A stretch of 64,000 nt of DNA from Azolla caroliniana (Eukaryota > Plantae > Polypodiophyta): assembly GCA_043228905.1 (NCBI GenBank), contig JBHGNT010000001.1:36766001-36830000 (forward strand), written 5' to 3'. The position numbers and the translations under genes are program-made. Below, in pieces: positions 1-12,349 of the stretch (the first letter of the stretch is position 1; the number at the start of each line of letters is the position of its first letter). Below the pieces are notes generated by a model, which was given only the letters and a program-made list of their open reading frames with translations, did not search any database and was not told the DNA's origin.

Positions 1-3000
1 ATGCTCATGGACTTTAGGATAGTTTATCGCATTGGGTTAGATGTCATATTGTATGTGTCATTAGTTTTGTGACCCTAGATCTGCAAAGATTGCCATGACT
101 AACAATAAATAGAAAATGTGAACATTCAAAAGGACTGGAATGTTGATTGTATAGTAGTTTCATTGGACAAGGTTTAAAGATCCGATTATTCTTCTATCGC
201 TTCACTTTGTATTGTTTTTTTATTTCATAATATGAACACTTGGCTTTGAAATTTTGATCATTCATTGTACAAACATGTGAATGAGCACTTTGCACTAGAG
301 TCCTGTAAAAGCTGACTATTTGCCAACTAAAACAATGCGTCGTCTTGCATGGTAATAGCATCTATCGATGTACACTTCATGAAAAGGCACATGTTGAACC
401 AAAGTGCATCTAGATTTTTTTACAATATTCATGAATCAAATGTGAGCTTTAGCGGAGTTGTTGCATCACACAGTCGACAATTTGTCAGGAAATGCATGGT
501 GAACATTATTAGGGACTGTGATTCGCATTTCCTAGTTTTACATTTATTGAGTGTTCTAAAAAGAGAATTATGCCAATGATCGATGTTTCTAAGGACAATA
601 TTTCTTAGATTACGATGTTGAGAATTTTATCTTATGTTGGATAATCATATGTGAGAGCAGATATATTTTTGTGGTTGGGAGTTTGACATTTGTACATGTA
701 ATGTTTGTCATGCTACAGTCCTCCTTGGACCTTCGCTTAATTGATGTCAATATTAATGTATTGCCTATGCTCAGTAAGGAGCACTCACTTTCGTGCATGT
801 CATTATTATTTCAATATCAATCATGCTTTACGGGTGATTTGCATTACATGCCTTTGATTTCCCAATAATTTTCACTTCTTCAACATGTTGAAACTTGACA
901 ACCACATAGTATGTTATTCCTCCCCCTTCTCTTGTACATCCTGCCAAGTCAAAAAAATAAAAGTATTGCAATTACAACTCACCCATGTAACTTTGTCGAT
1001 ACAAAGTCCATTCCTTGGTATTGTCTCATTCAACAAATGATTAAGTTGTTCTACTTTCATTGTTACTCATCTGACATCACACAAATTTATACAGTTTCAT
1101 TTGTTTCGAGAGGAAATTCATCTTATATCACATATTGATTCATATTACAACATACAATGTGGAGTGCCACAAAGAGGGAAGTTTTTTCCAAAACAATATA
1201 TCCTTCCATTAGTTATATAAAAAGGTCATAACGGCTACAACATACAAAGTATTTATTCCCCAAGTGCTTCTTGTGTAAGACAATGGTTGAGGAAACAAAT
1301 CTATGTACTCCAACGTAGAGAAAACTGTCTAGTAATTGCAAGCTATTCCATATACACATTGCAAGGTATCTATATCCATAGACAACAACAAAAGTAGCTC
1401 TATTCGGAAACAAGCCCTCGCAGGTCATAGTTATGAACCATTTCAATACTTCTTCAACCTGCTCTTGTTCAACATAATCTTTATCCAAAAAATTGAATGC
1501 TACCACAAGCTTTCAAGGTAGATAACAATGTATTCCTCCTTGTAATAAATAAACAACACAAGTTATCATAGTCTCATGCATTTTGTATAATAAATTTATC
1601 TACATCTCTTAAAAAACGTTTGCTTGTATTAGGTGTAATATGTCATTCTATTCATGATCATTCTCAACATGTTTCAACAACACTATTTTAAAGTAACAGC
1701 CATATTTAAGTTTTTTGAGTGTCATAGAAACGAGAAAGATTTTGTTTTTATTGATTTGACTTCTAATGTTAAATTCATGTATTTCGTTTACCCAAAAGAT
1801 GTATATTTCCACAAAAGAAATAATAGGTAAAATGAGTTGTTGCTCAACAAATTCCCATTCTATCATTATGTTATAGTACGAGTTTGATGTTGTGGGCCAA
1901 AAATGGTTAAGACTTAAATTCAAATGCCCGCAACCCATACAACAAGTCCAATGTTGGATTATTGTAGAATTGTGTTTGTGTGTGTGTCATAGTACGTAAA
2001 ATTCGTGTTCGTCTAGCATAACATTTGTTTTCCTAAATTGGAAAACGAATGCGAATGTTATTCAAACATTCTTGTGTTTTTTCCCCATTTTTTAGCCTTA
2101 TTTAGCTCATAATAAATAGTTAATCCAAAAGTATGGTATTTATCGTTCTTTGAGGGTGTTTATCATACTCGAATGATTGAAACATTCGTGGAATGCGCAT
2201 GCACGTATGGTACGTATGGTTCATACTATGGTGTGTGTGTGTGCGCGCGCGTCATGATGTACATGGTTAATGCACATCTTTACATTGCTACTCAAATTTG
2301 ACTATGCACAAGGATAAATTTCACCATGCGTCAAACATTGTTGAAAGGCGCTCTATATGACATAATAATGCTTGTTCTTTGCAAACAATGTGTAGATGGA
2401 TCGTCGTGTATTTTGTTAACCCATCATGATCATGAATGTTTGTATCATGAATAATAGGATAAGAGACCCTTCCTCGAGAGAACTTGCATGAAAGTAACGA
2501 CAATAAAATGATTTCCTTAAACAAATGTATCTGTCAGACTTTATTTATCGTGCGCTTATGTTAAATAATCTTTCATTTGCATGACATCTCTTACTTATGA
2601 CTCGATTGATTCTTGGCCTGAAATGTACTAGTTAGTCGTGACTCGTGAATGGTTAAAAGAACGTAGAAGTAGATGTTTTATTGCATTCTTACTAAAACTC
2701 AACCTAAACTTGTCAAGTTTCTATGAAACTACAAAACCCACATTGTGTTTCTTTCAAATTCATGATACAAAGTACTACACAATAATTCACACCATATTGT
2801 AATGATTTGTTTTTTTTATCTATTTGCTTTGAAATTCTCAACAAAGGTTAGAAAGGTAACAAGACGATGAATGTAAATTGAATACCTTTAATGTTTAATT
2901 AGGTTAACAACACATGCAAAAGAGGGATATCTTTGTCAACAAACCTACTTCAAGGAGCCCCTCAATTTTATTAATTTGTATGTATTGGTTTCTTGTCAAA

Positions 3001-4305
3001 ATTCGCATGTAAAAACTTCATCTAGTGTCAATTTTATGATAGATTTGCTTTTGTTTTTTGTCAATGTCTCATGTCTATTTGCATCAACGAACATTGCGAG
3101 TGGATAAAAAGCAATTTCCATATAAATAAACTAAACTTTTACTCCAAAGAAAGCCTAGATGTCACATATCATAATCGTCGTGAAAGCCAAGGGAAAAAGT
3201 ATATTACATAATTAATAGAAATTTAACATGCATTATATTGCACTTGCTTGGCACTAAGTCTTGTCATGGTCTTTTGTTAACCTTTGTTTGTACAAATGAA
3301 AACAATTTTTTGGGTATCTATATTCTCGTTGTCCCATTTGACACATGCACGTGAAAGCTAATTGCATTTTCTCTTTTCCTACAAGTTGGAACTTGCAACA
3401 AGAGATATTTCACAAATCAATGAATTATTTTTACCTCGGGATCCATTGTTGTAGAGATTGTACATATGCGTAGGTGATAAAGATATTTTAAATTCTAACA
3501 ATTCTTGCGTTCATGTTGCACACCCTTTTCACTCTACACAAGGGAAAAAATATTTTCAAATGATATTTTTATGGCATGCATATGCCACTTAGTTTGTGCA
3601 AAGCTTGCGTAAATTTTCATAATTGATATTATGTTTAGAGAATCAAAAGTTTTCCCCCTTGTTGGTATTCTCAGATATATGATTATTTTTCTCAAATGGA
3701 TCACGTGTGTCTTTTGTTAAATATATACGGCTTCAATCTATGATGTTACTTACGCCTCAACTTTCTTCCAACTTCATTCTTGTGAAGAAAAATTATCTTA
3801 GTGTTTCTTTCAATGCACTTCAATATTGACGTCTCCTTTGATGCCGTCACCCCCAACAAAGACATATATCTAGAGTTAAAATATTCTTGGTTGATCATTT
3901 CTCTCAAATAGGGTATAGAGTAATTCAGTCAAAAGAAAGCATTCACCATAAGCTCAATTCACCAAAAGAATGTTCTCACACTCGTATTTCACTAACATGC
4001 ACTCACAACCACCTCTAATTGAGCTTGTTTATGCATCAGAAACCATTTTAAATGATATTGGCTTGGTTTTAGTATACACTTAGAATCACATACACATGCT
4101 CGTCCCTTAGCTTAACTAAGTAAAATCCATCCAATTTTCTTCAGTAACTTGACGTTCATCGACATGCTTGCCAAAACTTTACAAAATATCGCATAATGCA
4201 AGATATTTGTACAATACGACAAATTTCATATTAATACCTTTATTTAGATAACGGTTTCATGAAAATGATATTATTGTACTGCAAAAGACAACTTATGTTT
4301 TCTTG
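1..4305. other. AT-rich, decayed transposon-like DNA with no intact ORF
   Basis: Only short, stop-riddled ORFs. TG/CA-rich and CG-poor, as expected for old methylated repeats. Minus-strand remnants at about 850-1500 are discussed under findings. Confidence 0.35.
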
Positions 4306-4328
4306 GTGAAATAGCCTTAATGCAATGT

Positions 4329-6755
4329 ATAAGCCACCTTTTTCTCAACTCGCGACATCTCAACCTACGTGGTCTTCCCGTACCTCATTCTCACCAAAGC
4401 ATCTTGGATATAGAATTTGCAGATGACACATCGGTCTACCTGCAAGGGGACTTGGAAAACCTCCAAAAGCTAGAAAGTGGGTTAGCCGTATTTTGCAAGA
4501 GATCCAATGTCATGATCAATTGGCACAAATCCTATGCAATATGGCTTTCTCATGAAACATATCTGGCGTGGCACCCACATCCCACTTTCAAATGGATCAA
4601 TCAAGGAGCGAGCACCAAATATTTGGGCTTCCAAATTGGTTTCAACATACCGCCAGAGACTATGATTGCACCCGTTATCCATTCCATTCGACAAAAGTTG
4701 ATACATTGGAGTTCGAAAAAACTGTCACTAGCAGGTCGCATCATAGTGGCAAACCAGGTACTACTCGCAACAACATGGTACAATCTATCATGCTGGACAA
4801 TCTCCAAGGAAAGTATACATCAGATTCAACGACTGGTCTGCAACTACATTTGGTCTAGTAAGGAAGACCATGTAACTCGTGCCAAGGTGGCGTGGCCTAT
4901 ATTCACAGCGCCTAAGTTGAGAGGGGGATTGGGTCTTATTGATCCCCTTTCACAATCAAAAGCCTTACTTGCCAAAATTATGGTGCAAGGACTCCAACCA
5001 GAAAATGATTGTTGGAAAATGCTATTGCGGTTACGTTTCGCTTACTTTAGGCCACGAAAAGGGGTCAATTGGGCCCCCCAAACGGAATGTATTCTAAACA
5101 TGGATCTCAAACCTAGTTTCTCCCGCAAATTGGAGGATAGATTCGGTGCATCCATGTGGAAGGCATGGTGTGACATTAGATGAGGGCTCAAGTGCGATCA
5201 ACCGAGTTCCGAACCTGCCTGGCTCAGTTAACGTATCCTATGGAACCCATGTATCAAGGGTGAATCTAATCAACTATTGGGATCACAAAAGGGTTGTCAT
5301 GGGGATACATTGTAGAAGGTCCAGGAAAAAGTATAGAATGTTGGCGATGGTTTATGTCACTGCCACTACAAGATCAAGCCAACATACTCCATGGAATCAG
5401 GGGTGGATGAACTATGAGATTGGAAATCATTAACGCTCTACTGATTAGGGAAATTGCTACTCAAAGGACGATAATGGAGAAATGGATAGGCCACGAGTAG
5501 GAGGGATCTCTGATCCCGAGAGGTAGGGGAACACCAGACAAGATCGAAGGCTTTGAATTGCAAGACACTGAGACACCAACACAAAATAACGCAATTTGAG
5601 TACTCACGTATACTGGTCATAAATGGATTGTAGATCCTGATCCGATCAAAGTACAACCTGATTGGCACATATGTACTCATGAAAACACATGGCTACGTAA
5701 GATGAGTTGGGACCCTTTGCAATGGACATGGCGTGATCCTTACATGGGGCAAGGAAGCAAGCCCATCCCTTTCTTCCAATTCACAACTAGATTGGGTTGC
5801 CACATTCTAACTGCTCAAACCGCCCAAGAGTCGGCTGCTGCGAAGGTCTGGCACACATTTCAAGTTCCTCCCACAATTATCACTAAGTTTTGGAAGAAAA
5901 TCTGGAAACAACAACACGCGATGCAAATTACCACGTTCCAATGGCTATTAATACATAAGTCCCTACCGGTGGGAGCATGGCAACGTGGGAACCTTAGCTC
6001 TCCTAATTGTGTAGAGTGCCCAAATGCAGTAGAATCAGTACAACACGCTTTGTGGGACTGCCCAACGTCCCATCGAATATGGCGGGGGGTTGGCCGTTTG
6101 TTGCAATTATGTCAGGTGCAAGGCTCAATCAAGTGGGGAAATATATGTTGGCTATCATGGCAGACCCCACTTGGCAAATACGAGCATCAAGTGGAGGGGA
6201 TGACTTTGGTGATAAAAGCACAAGAGGGTTTTTTCTCCACTAGCGGCAATGTCCACTCAACTCCTCTTAATGACAAATCTCAAATTGTGTTGGAATTGGT
6301 CAGCCCAATAACTCTTTGGATTCTATGGAAACAACGATGTAGACGGGTCTTCTTCAACCAAACCGTGCATCCAACAAGGTTACTGCAAGAGACATGGAGT
6401 GAAATTGTAGCCACCCTAAAGAGTCAATATTATGGCCTCAAGGGCGGCTCCGATGGAGTTGAAAGACAACGAATAGCCTTCATCCAACAATGGTCGTCCT
6501 CGCCCTTTCTTGAGTCAGTGGGCATCCACATAAGATGGAACTATCGCGTCCCCATAGGGATTTGTACATAATTGTCTCATTTGTAAAATTTTATAACTAA
6601 TGGAAGGAGTTTTCGTTTGGAAAAATAAAATAAAATAAAATGTATAAGCCACCTTGTATAGCCTTTCTGTAATAACCTCTCCTAAGTCCTAATTAATGGG
6701 GAAGTAGCTTCTTTCTGGAAAAAAAGAAAGAAAGAAAAGAAGTTATGATGTCATT
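4329..6755 (+). mobile_element. Very short LINE 3'-UTR remnant hosting the 4341-6640 L1
   Basis: 6641-6742 matches the reverse complement of the LINE 3' end at 37881-37965 and ends in an A/GAAA-rich tail. Flanked by direct repeat GTGAAATAGCCTTAATGCAATGT at 4306-4328 and 6756-6778. Confidence 0.7.
4341..6640 (+). mobile_element. 5'-truncated L1-type LINE (RT C-terminal half, zf-RVT), frameshifted
   Basis: ORF 4320-5183 has FADD, KYLG, LSLAGR and GGLGL motifs. ORF 5702-6571 has CxxC...ESVQHALWDC and LWILWKQRC. (TAAAA)n tail at 6621-6640. TSD AATGTATAAGCCACCTT at 4324-4340 and 6639-6655. Confidence 0.9.
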
Positions 6756-6964
6756 GTGAAATAGCCTTAATGCAATGTTGGCAATTTAGCATATCATTCT
6801 CTTGTTGTTTGTCAAATTTCCAATTCTCTTGAGACATAGTGTTAACAAGATAAACAAAAATACGCCCACAAATGCTAATTAAAATTCTATCCATTGAAGT
6901 GATACCACTTATAAGAATAATAAACTCCCTTTATGTTCCTCTTTATTACTGAAGCAATATCTGC

Positions 6965-7600
6965 CTTTTTTAATAGTCAGGGGGCAAATCTACATGGTCT
7001 TCAATCCCTAACTCAAGGAAGTCTCTGCTAGACTCGAAGTTCGCGAACAATACGATGTTGTACCTCCAAGGCAATGAAGTGAATCTTGCCAAGGCACAAA
7101 GTGTTATCAATCTCTTTTGCAAAGCATCGGGAGCCTCCATCAATTGGAATAAGTCCAAGGGTTTATGGATTAGCTCAGAGGCAGAGCATGTATGGAAGCC
7201 AAATGTTGAATTCAAGTGGATTGTAAAAGGGGAAGCCACAATATATATGGGAACGTGGATTGGTGTAGATATGGACAAAGGAATACAGTTGCAACAAATT
7301 CAAAGTAAAAATTGTGACAAATATGCAACTGGTTAGGGTTGAACTTATCATTGGTTGCTAGGATCATAATAGCTAACCATGTGCTCTTGTCTACGTTATG
7401 GCATGTAGTCTCAGTGTGGATGTTTGACAAGCAAGCTATTCGTACTGTTAAAGCGCGTATCAGGGGATTCCTATGGGTTGGGATAAGGAAAGACAAAACG
7501 GCAACCAAAGTATCGTGGTCTACGTTGGTTCTTCCCAAGAGTAAGGGGGGTTTAGGATTGATTGACCCTAGATTGTAGAGTCAGACATTGCTATGTAAGG
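6965..7600 (+). mobile_element. Decayed L1 RT fragment, cut by the copia insertion
   Basis: ORFs 7055-7336 (FCKASGASINWNKS) and 7339-7578 (LSLVARIIIAN, KVSW, GGLGLIDP) are paralogous to ORF 4320-5183. Confidence 0.85.
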
Positions 7601-7604
7601 TATT

Positions 7605-9880
7605 TGTTGAGAGACAAGCTCAACATCGGCCGGATCGGCTGAAGAAGCCGAGGATCGGATCGGTTGGGACCGATCGGTTAGGCCAAGTGCGTAAACCGGG
7701 AGGCCGTTAGGAAAGATATTCCGTGAGGAATATATTTGGGAGTCAGTGTAGGAGCTCTTAATGAGCATTGAAGTACTGTCAGTACTTCGGTCAGTCCTTC
7801 TAGGACTTGTATAAAAGTGTTCATTGAACACACATATGTATAGAGTGGAATATAGAGATTGAGTGTGGTTGTTGAATATAGTTCTTGTGTTTTCTCTCTC
7901 TCACTCTCTCTGTCTCTCCCGTGTATACTGTGTAAGCTCAAGCTCTCCATTAAACCCGAGTGTTCTTCCTTCTGTTCCGTCTTCATACTTGCTTCTGCAC
8001 GTTACTTTTTTCATGGTATCAGAGCGCGAGGGTTGAGAACCTCTCTACAGCCGACATAGCTTGATGAAGAAGAACGATGGATAGAGGCATGGTGAGCTCG
8101 CTTCCAACAGAGAAGCTCGACAGAACCAACTATGCGTCTTGGTCCTACAAGATGCACCAGTACCTGCTCGGGCACGACTACTGGAGTTATGTCGAAGGAG
8201 CTAATGACGCGGCACCCGAATCGACACACAGAGACTTCTCGTCATGGGAGCAATCGGCGAGCAGGGTATTATACTGCTTCGCGTCGTGTGTGGGCAAACA
8301 ACTATTGAGCTATGTTCGGGATGCAAAGACGCCGAAGGGTGCGTGGGAAAATCTGAAGAAGATTTTCGCCGTGAGCACCACAGCCAGGAAGCTTCAGCTC
8401 CGACAGGAGTTGAGCAACCTACGACAATGCGACTTGTTAGTGGCGGACTATACCTCGAAGATCAAGGATATCTGCGACTCCCTCGCCTCCATAGAGGTGA
8501 ACATCAAGGAGAGCGAGATGGTCCAGATCTGTCTCGGAGGTTTGGCGTCGAAGTTCGGAGTGTTCCGAACGGCTGTGTGTACCCGGGAGAATACGCCATC
8601 CTTTTTTGACTTACAGTCAATGCTCCTAGTAGAGGAGAACCACGCGGGTGCGTCTACAAGCACGCACACCGACAACAGAATGCTATACACGGAGGGAGAT
8701 AGGCCCTGTGGACGTGGAGGACGAGGCGAGTCGGCGCGCAATGGAGGCGGCCAATGAGATCAAGGAAGAAGGCACCAAACTGATGCCGACAATAACTCCG
8801 GACCCTCCGGAAACAGGGGGAGTCGAAGTGGTGAGAACTGGCAAGGGAAGGCCATCGCGGAGTGCGGGTATTGTGGCAAGAAAGGCCACAGGGAAAGTGA
8901 GTGCTGGAAGAAGCGCGCCGATTCGGAGAGAACCGGTTCCAGAAACGGCTCCAGACATACCGACAAGGGAAATCGGCAGCGATCGCACTACGCCGAAGAC
9001 TCGGGGAGAGCCGGAGAAGGGTCTGCCTTCGTGACGAGACACGAAGCAAACTCATTGAAACAGAGCACCCCGAGATCAGACGAGGTGTGGTACGTAGACT
9101 CCAGCGCGTCAAACCACATGACGAGCCATAAGGAGTGGTTCTCGTACCTTGAAAAACCGATACAACCTGGAGTAGTCGCAACAGGAGACGACACTCCGCA
9201 TCCGATCGCGAATGTCGGAGAAGTTCCCCTTAGCCATGTCGGGCAGAAAGGGAAACTCATTAACGTGCTGCACGTTCCGACGATCACGAAAAACTTGGTC
9301 TCGGTCGGATAGATTGTCGACCAAGGGATGGAGGTTCGGTTTACACACCTCAGGTGCTTCATTGAGGAAGAAGGTCGTGTGATTGCGCAAGGGCGCAGAG
9401 ACGGGAGGATGTTCATCCTCGACTCCACTGACGGCGGCACCGCAATGTTCGCGAAGGGACAAAAAACCGAGTCGGACATCGACTTGTGGCACAAGCGGAT
9501 AGGCCACGTCAACCACCAACGGCTTCAAGATTTGCAATCGAAACAGGTAGTGTTCGGATTGCCCAAATTTAGTGGCCGAAAGCACAAATTTGTGAAGCTT
9601 GCCAGCTCGGGAAGCAACACCGACTTCCTTTCCCAAACGAGCGAAACCGGAGCCGGAACAAGCTCGACCTTATACACTCCGATGTATGGGGGCCGACACA
9701 AAACATTAGTCTTGGCGGGAGCCGATATTTCGTCTCCTTCATCGACGACCACACGCGACACACCTGGATCTACCTCATTGAGAGGAAGAGCGAAGTCTTC
9801 GACTGTTTCCGGGACCTCAAAGGGTTCGTGGAAACGGAAACGGGACGAAAGATCAAGTGCTTGCGGTCAGATGGCGGGAA
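7605..9880 (+). mobile_element. Ty1/copia LTR retrotransposon, 3'-truncated (5' LTR, PBS, gag, protease, start of integrase)
   Basis: LTR TGTTG...TCA at 7605-8013. PBS TGGTATCAGAGC (tRNA-iMet) at 8014-8025. Gag ORF 8077-8757. Zinc knuckle CGYCGKKGHRESEC near 8863-8905. Protease WYVDSSASNHMT. GAG-pre-integrase LWHKRIGH. Integrase start (HSDVWGP, FIDD) after a frameshift. Confidence 0.92.
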
Positions 9881-10491
9881 AGGAAGGGAATCTCCCTATG
9901 CATTCGAATAACCTAATGTAGTCAAGTCCTATGTGTGGGAATGGAATCTCTCTAGGCATTCAATCAACGTTAGATGTAGTCAAGTACCTATGTGGGGGAA
10001 TGGAATCTCCCTAGTGATTGTATTTAATACCATTATGATTGATATAGGGTACTTGTTAAGTAATTAGGTAATTAACTATGGTTAATTAAAGACTAATTAT
10101 ATGGTTACGTCAAGCAGCGGAAAATTAGTATGATATGCACGTGAGAGTGTGTGAGAGGAAGAGAGAGAGAGAGGAAGTTACACTTGAACACAAAGATAAA
10201 TGGGGGATGATTGACTATATTGAAAAGTGTCATCGACATACAAAAATACCCACAATGAGGTATATATACAACCCATGTGCAAAGGTGCACATGGTGGGTA
10301 GAACATAGTTACTTATGTGTAAGTCCTACATTAAATGTACGAAGGAGTGGAGGATCTAGAATATCCCACTTAAGTACAAGGTCCTATTTAAAGGCTTAAG
10401 GTCAACACATTAACTAGATTCGATCTAGGTAACTACTAAGCCACATGTGTTGACTAACTAGATTAAACTAGTTGAGCTTGATATCTCAACA
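9881..10491. repeat. Probable partial LTR of another retroelement, with a ~60-bp internal tandem repeat
   Basis: Abrupt junction with the copia integrase. GGAATCTCCCTA/ATGTAGTCAAGT unit repeated across 9886-10015. Ends in ...CTCAACA at 10491. Confidence 0.4.
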
Positions 10492-10699
10492 GTACTCATG
10501 TACTATATGGGGAGACTTATGAGAGAATAAAGAGGATCTTCTATATAAGTTGGACAGAGGGTGGTTGGGTGGAAGTTCAACGGATCCAAGCTCTCTCTCT
10601 TAGTCATTTATCCCCTTAGTTATTTATCCCCATAGTCGAAGAGCATTGACACACGAGTCTAAATCCGATCGGCGATCCATCCTTATTGCAAAATTTCGG

Positions 10700-10960
10700 T
10701 GGTGTTACAGGGGGCTAGGGGTGTGCTATGTGCATATGTGCACATTAAGGGATGGTAGTGGGGAGTAAAGTTTTTAAAGATAGGGAAAAGGGAATGGTGA
10801 GAGGGTGTAGGGGAGAAAGAAAAAAAAACAAAAAGGTTAGAGAGAGGGTAAAGGATGTGCACAAGTGCACATGTATATGTTGAGGAAGGAGAGGGTAATG
10901 GTAAGGGTGTTAAAATATAGGGAAAAGGGAATGTGAGCATAAGTGTAGGGCCAAAAAGCA

Positions 10961-10991
<31 letters not shown>

Positions 10992-11370
10992 GAGGGATGA
11001 GGGGTAGGGATAAATCATTAGTTTAGAATAAGGGGTATAGGGAGGGTTAGACAAAATGGAGGGGTAGAGGCTTAAATAGGGAAAATTGGGAGGAGGGGTA
11101 GAAGCGTAAATAGGGAAAAGTGGGAGGAGGGTAGAGGCGTAAATAGGGAAAAGTTGGAGGAGGGGTAGATCATAAAAACTTTAAAGTGGGAAGGGAGGGG
11201 TAGAGGCGTGATAATGAAAAGTGAAGGTTTAAAGGGGTAGGAGGGTAGGGGGGTATGTAAAACAAAGGGGAGGGGAGGGGTAGGGTAGTAGTTTGGGAAA
11301 AGTGAGGGGAAGGGTAGAGTGGTAATTTTTAAAAAGTAAAGGGAGGGATAGGAGGGTAATTTAAAAGATA
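10700..11370. repeat. G/purine-rich low-complexity tract with (AG)n and a ~33-bp GGGTAGAGGCGTAAATAGGGAAAAGT minisatellite
   Basis: (AG)n at 10962-10987. Repeated GGG(G)TAGA...TAGGGAAAA units at 11060-11300. Confidence 0.75.
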
Positions 11371-12349
11371 GTACTGTTCAAATGGAAGATAGTACTCATC
11401 GATTTATACAATGTCAGATTTTGGAGTTACATTTCTCAAATTTGGCAAGTTTTATCTCAGTGTTATTTGACACCTAGACAATGGGTGTTTGCACAATTTA
11501 TGACCCAAAATAAGAGATGGAGATCGTTTTTCTATTTCTGAGATATTGGGGATTGCTTCACAATTAGAACATGCGCAACGCTTTTGTATTCGATGGTACA
11601 CATGGAGTGAAACCATATCTACGAAAGTTTAAGGGAGTACTAATGTGGCAAATTTCTTTTATATATATATGTTTTCATTTCTCTACCTCAATGGGAAAAG
11701 GTTTTACTCAAACGAATACCTAAACCCTAAACCCTCGTCCAAGAAATTTTGAAGTTGTGATATGTCAAACATTTGACCACTTCAATCATTCTATTATCAC
11801 GATTCAATTTGAATATTGGGCTATGCAATTCAAAATTGCAAGCTCAACCTTTACATGTGTATTTATATGTTTAAATGTTTAATCATGCATTTCTATCTCT
11901 ATAATAGCCACCAAATCATGGTTTGCATACATTTACTACATACACAACCATTCTTCTTGAGACCCTTATTAGGTTTTCCTAAAAAAAGCCAATATAATAA
12001 CTATAGTATAAAATATTTGAACTCCAAGCTACCATGTTAAAAAATAGAACTTGTTCTTAATTATCCAATTGTTCTTGATTCAAAAAACCTCAATGACATT
12101 TTGCAAAGTAGTTAGCCTTGACCATATCTATGAGTTTCATTTCACATAAACAAGAAAAAAGTAAGAGTTTCATTACACAATGACAATCTCCAAGTCATAA
12201 AATGCAAACAAACATCAAAGTGACATATACATAAGAAGATGCATGGAAAAGAATGTATTTGCACATAAAATGACATGTCTTGTTTGATCATGAGATCTTC
12301 AAAACAACAATTGTCTACTACTCGAGAGTTTCATAATATTCTCTAGAGC

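Noticed and set aside
3780-3910. ParB-like motif (YVFVGGDG) on the minus strand
   Set aside because: It lacks the G(N/H)HR core and is too weak to support.
8244-9921. Many overlapping alternative-frame and antisense ORFs
   Set aside because: They are by-products of the GC-rich copia gag-pol sequence.
11720-11735. Telomeric (CCCTAAA)n repeat
   Set aside because: Only two units, which is a common telobox-like occurrence.
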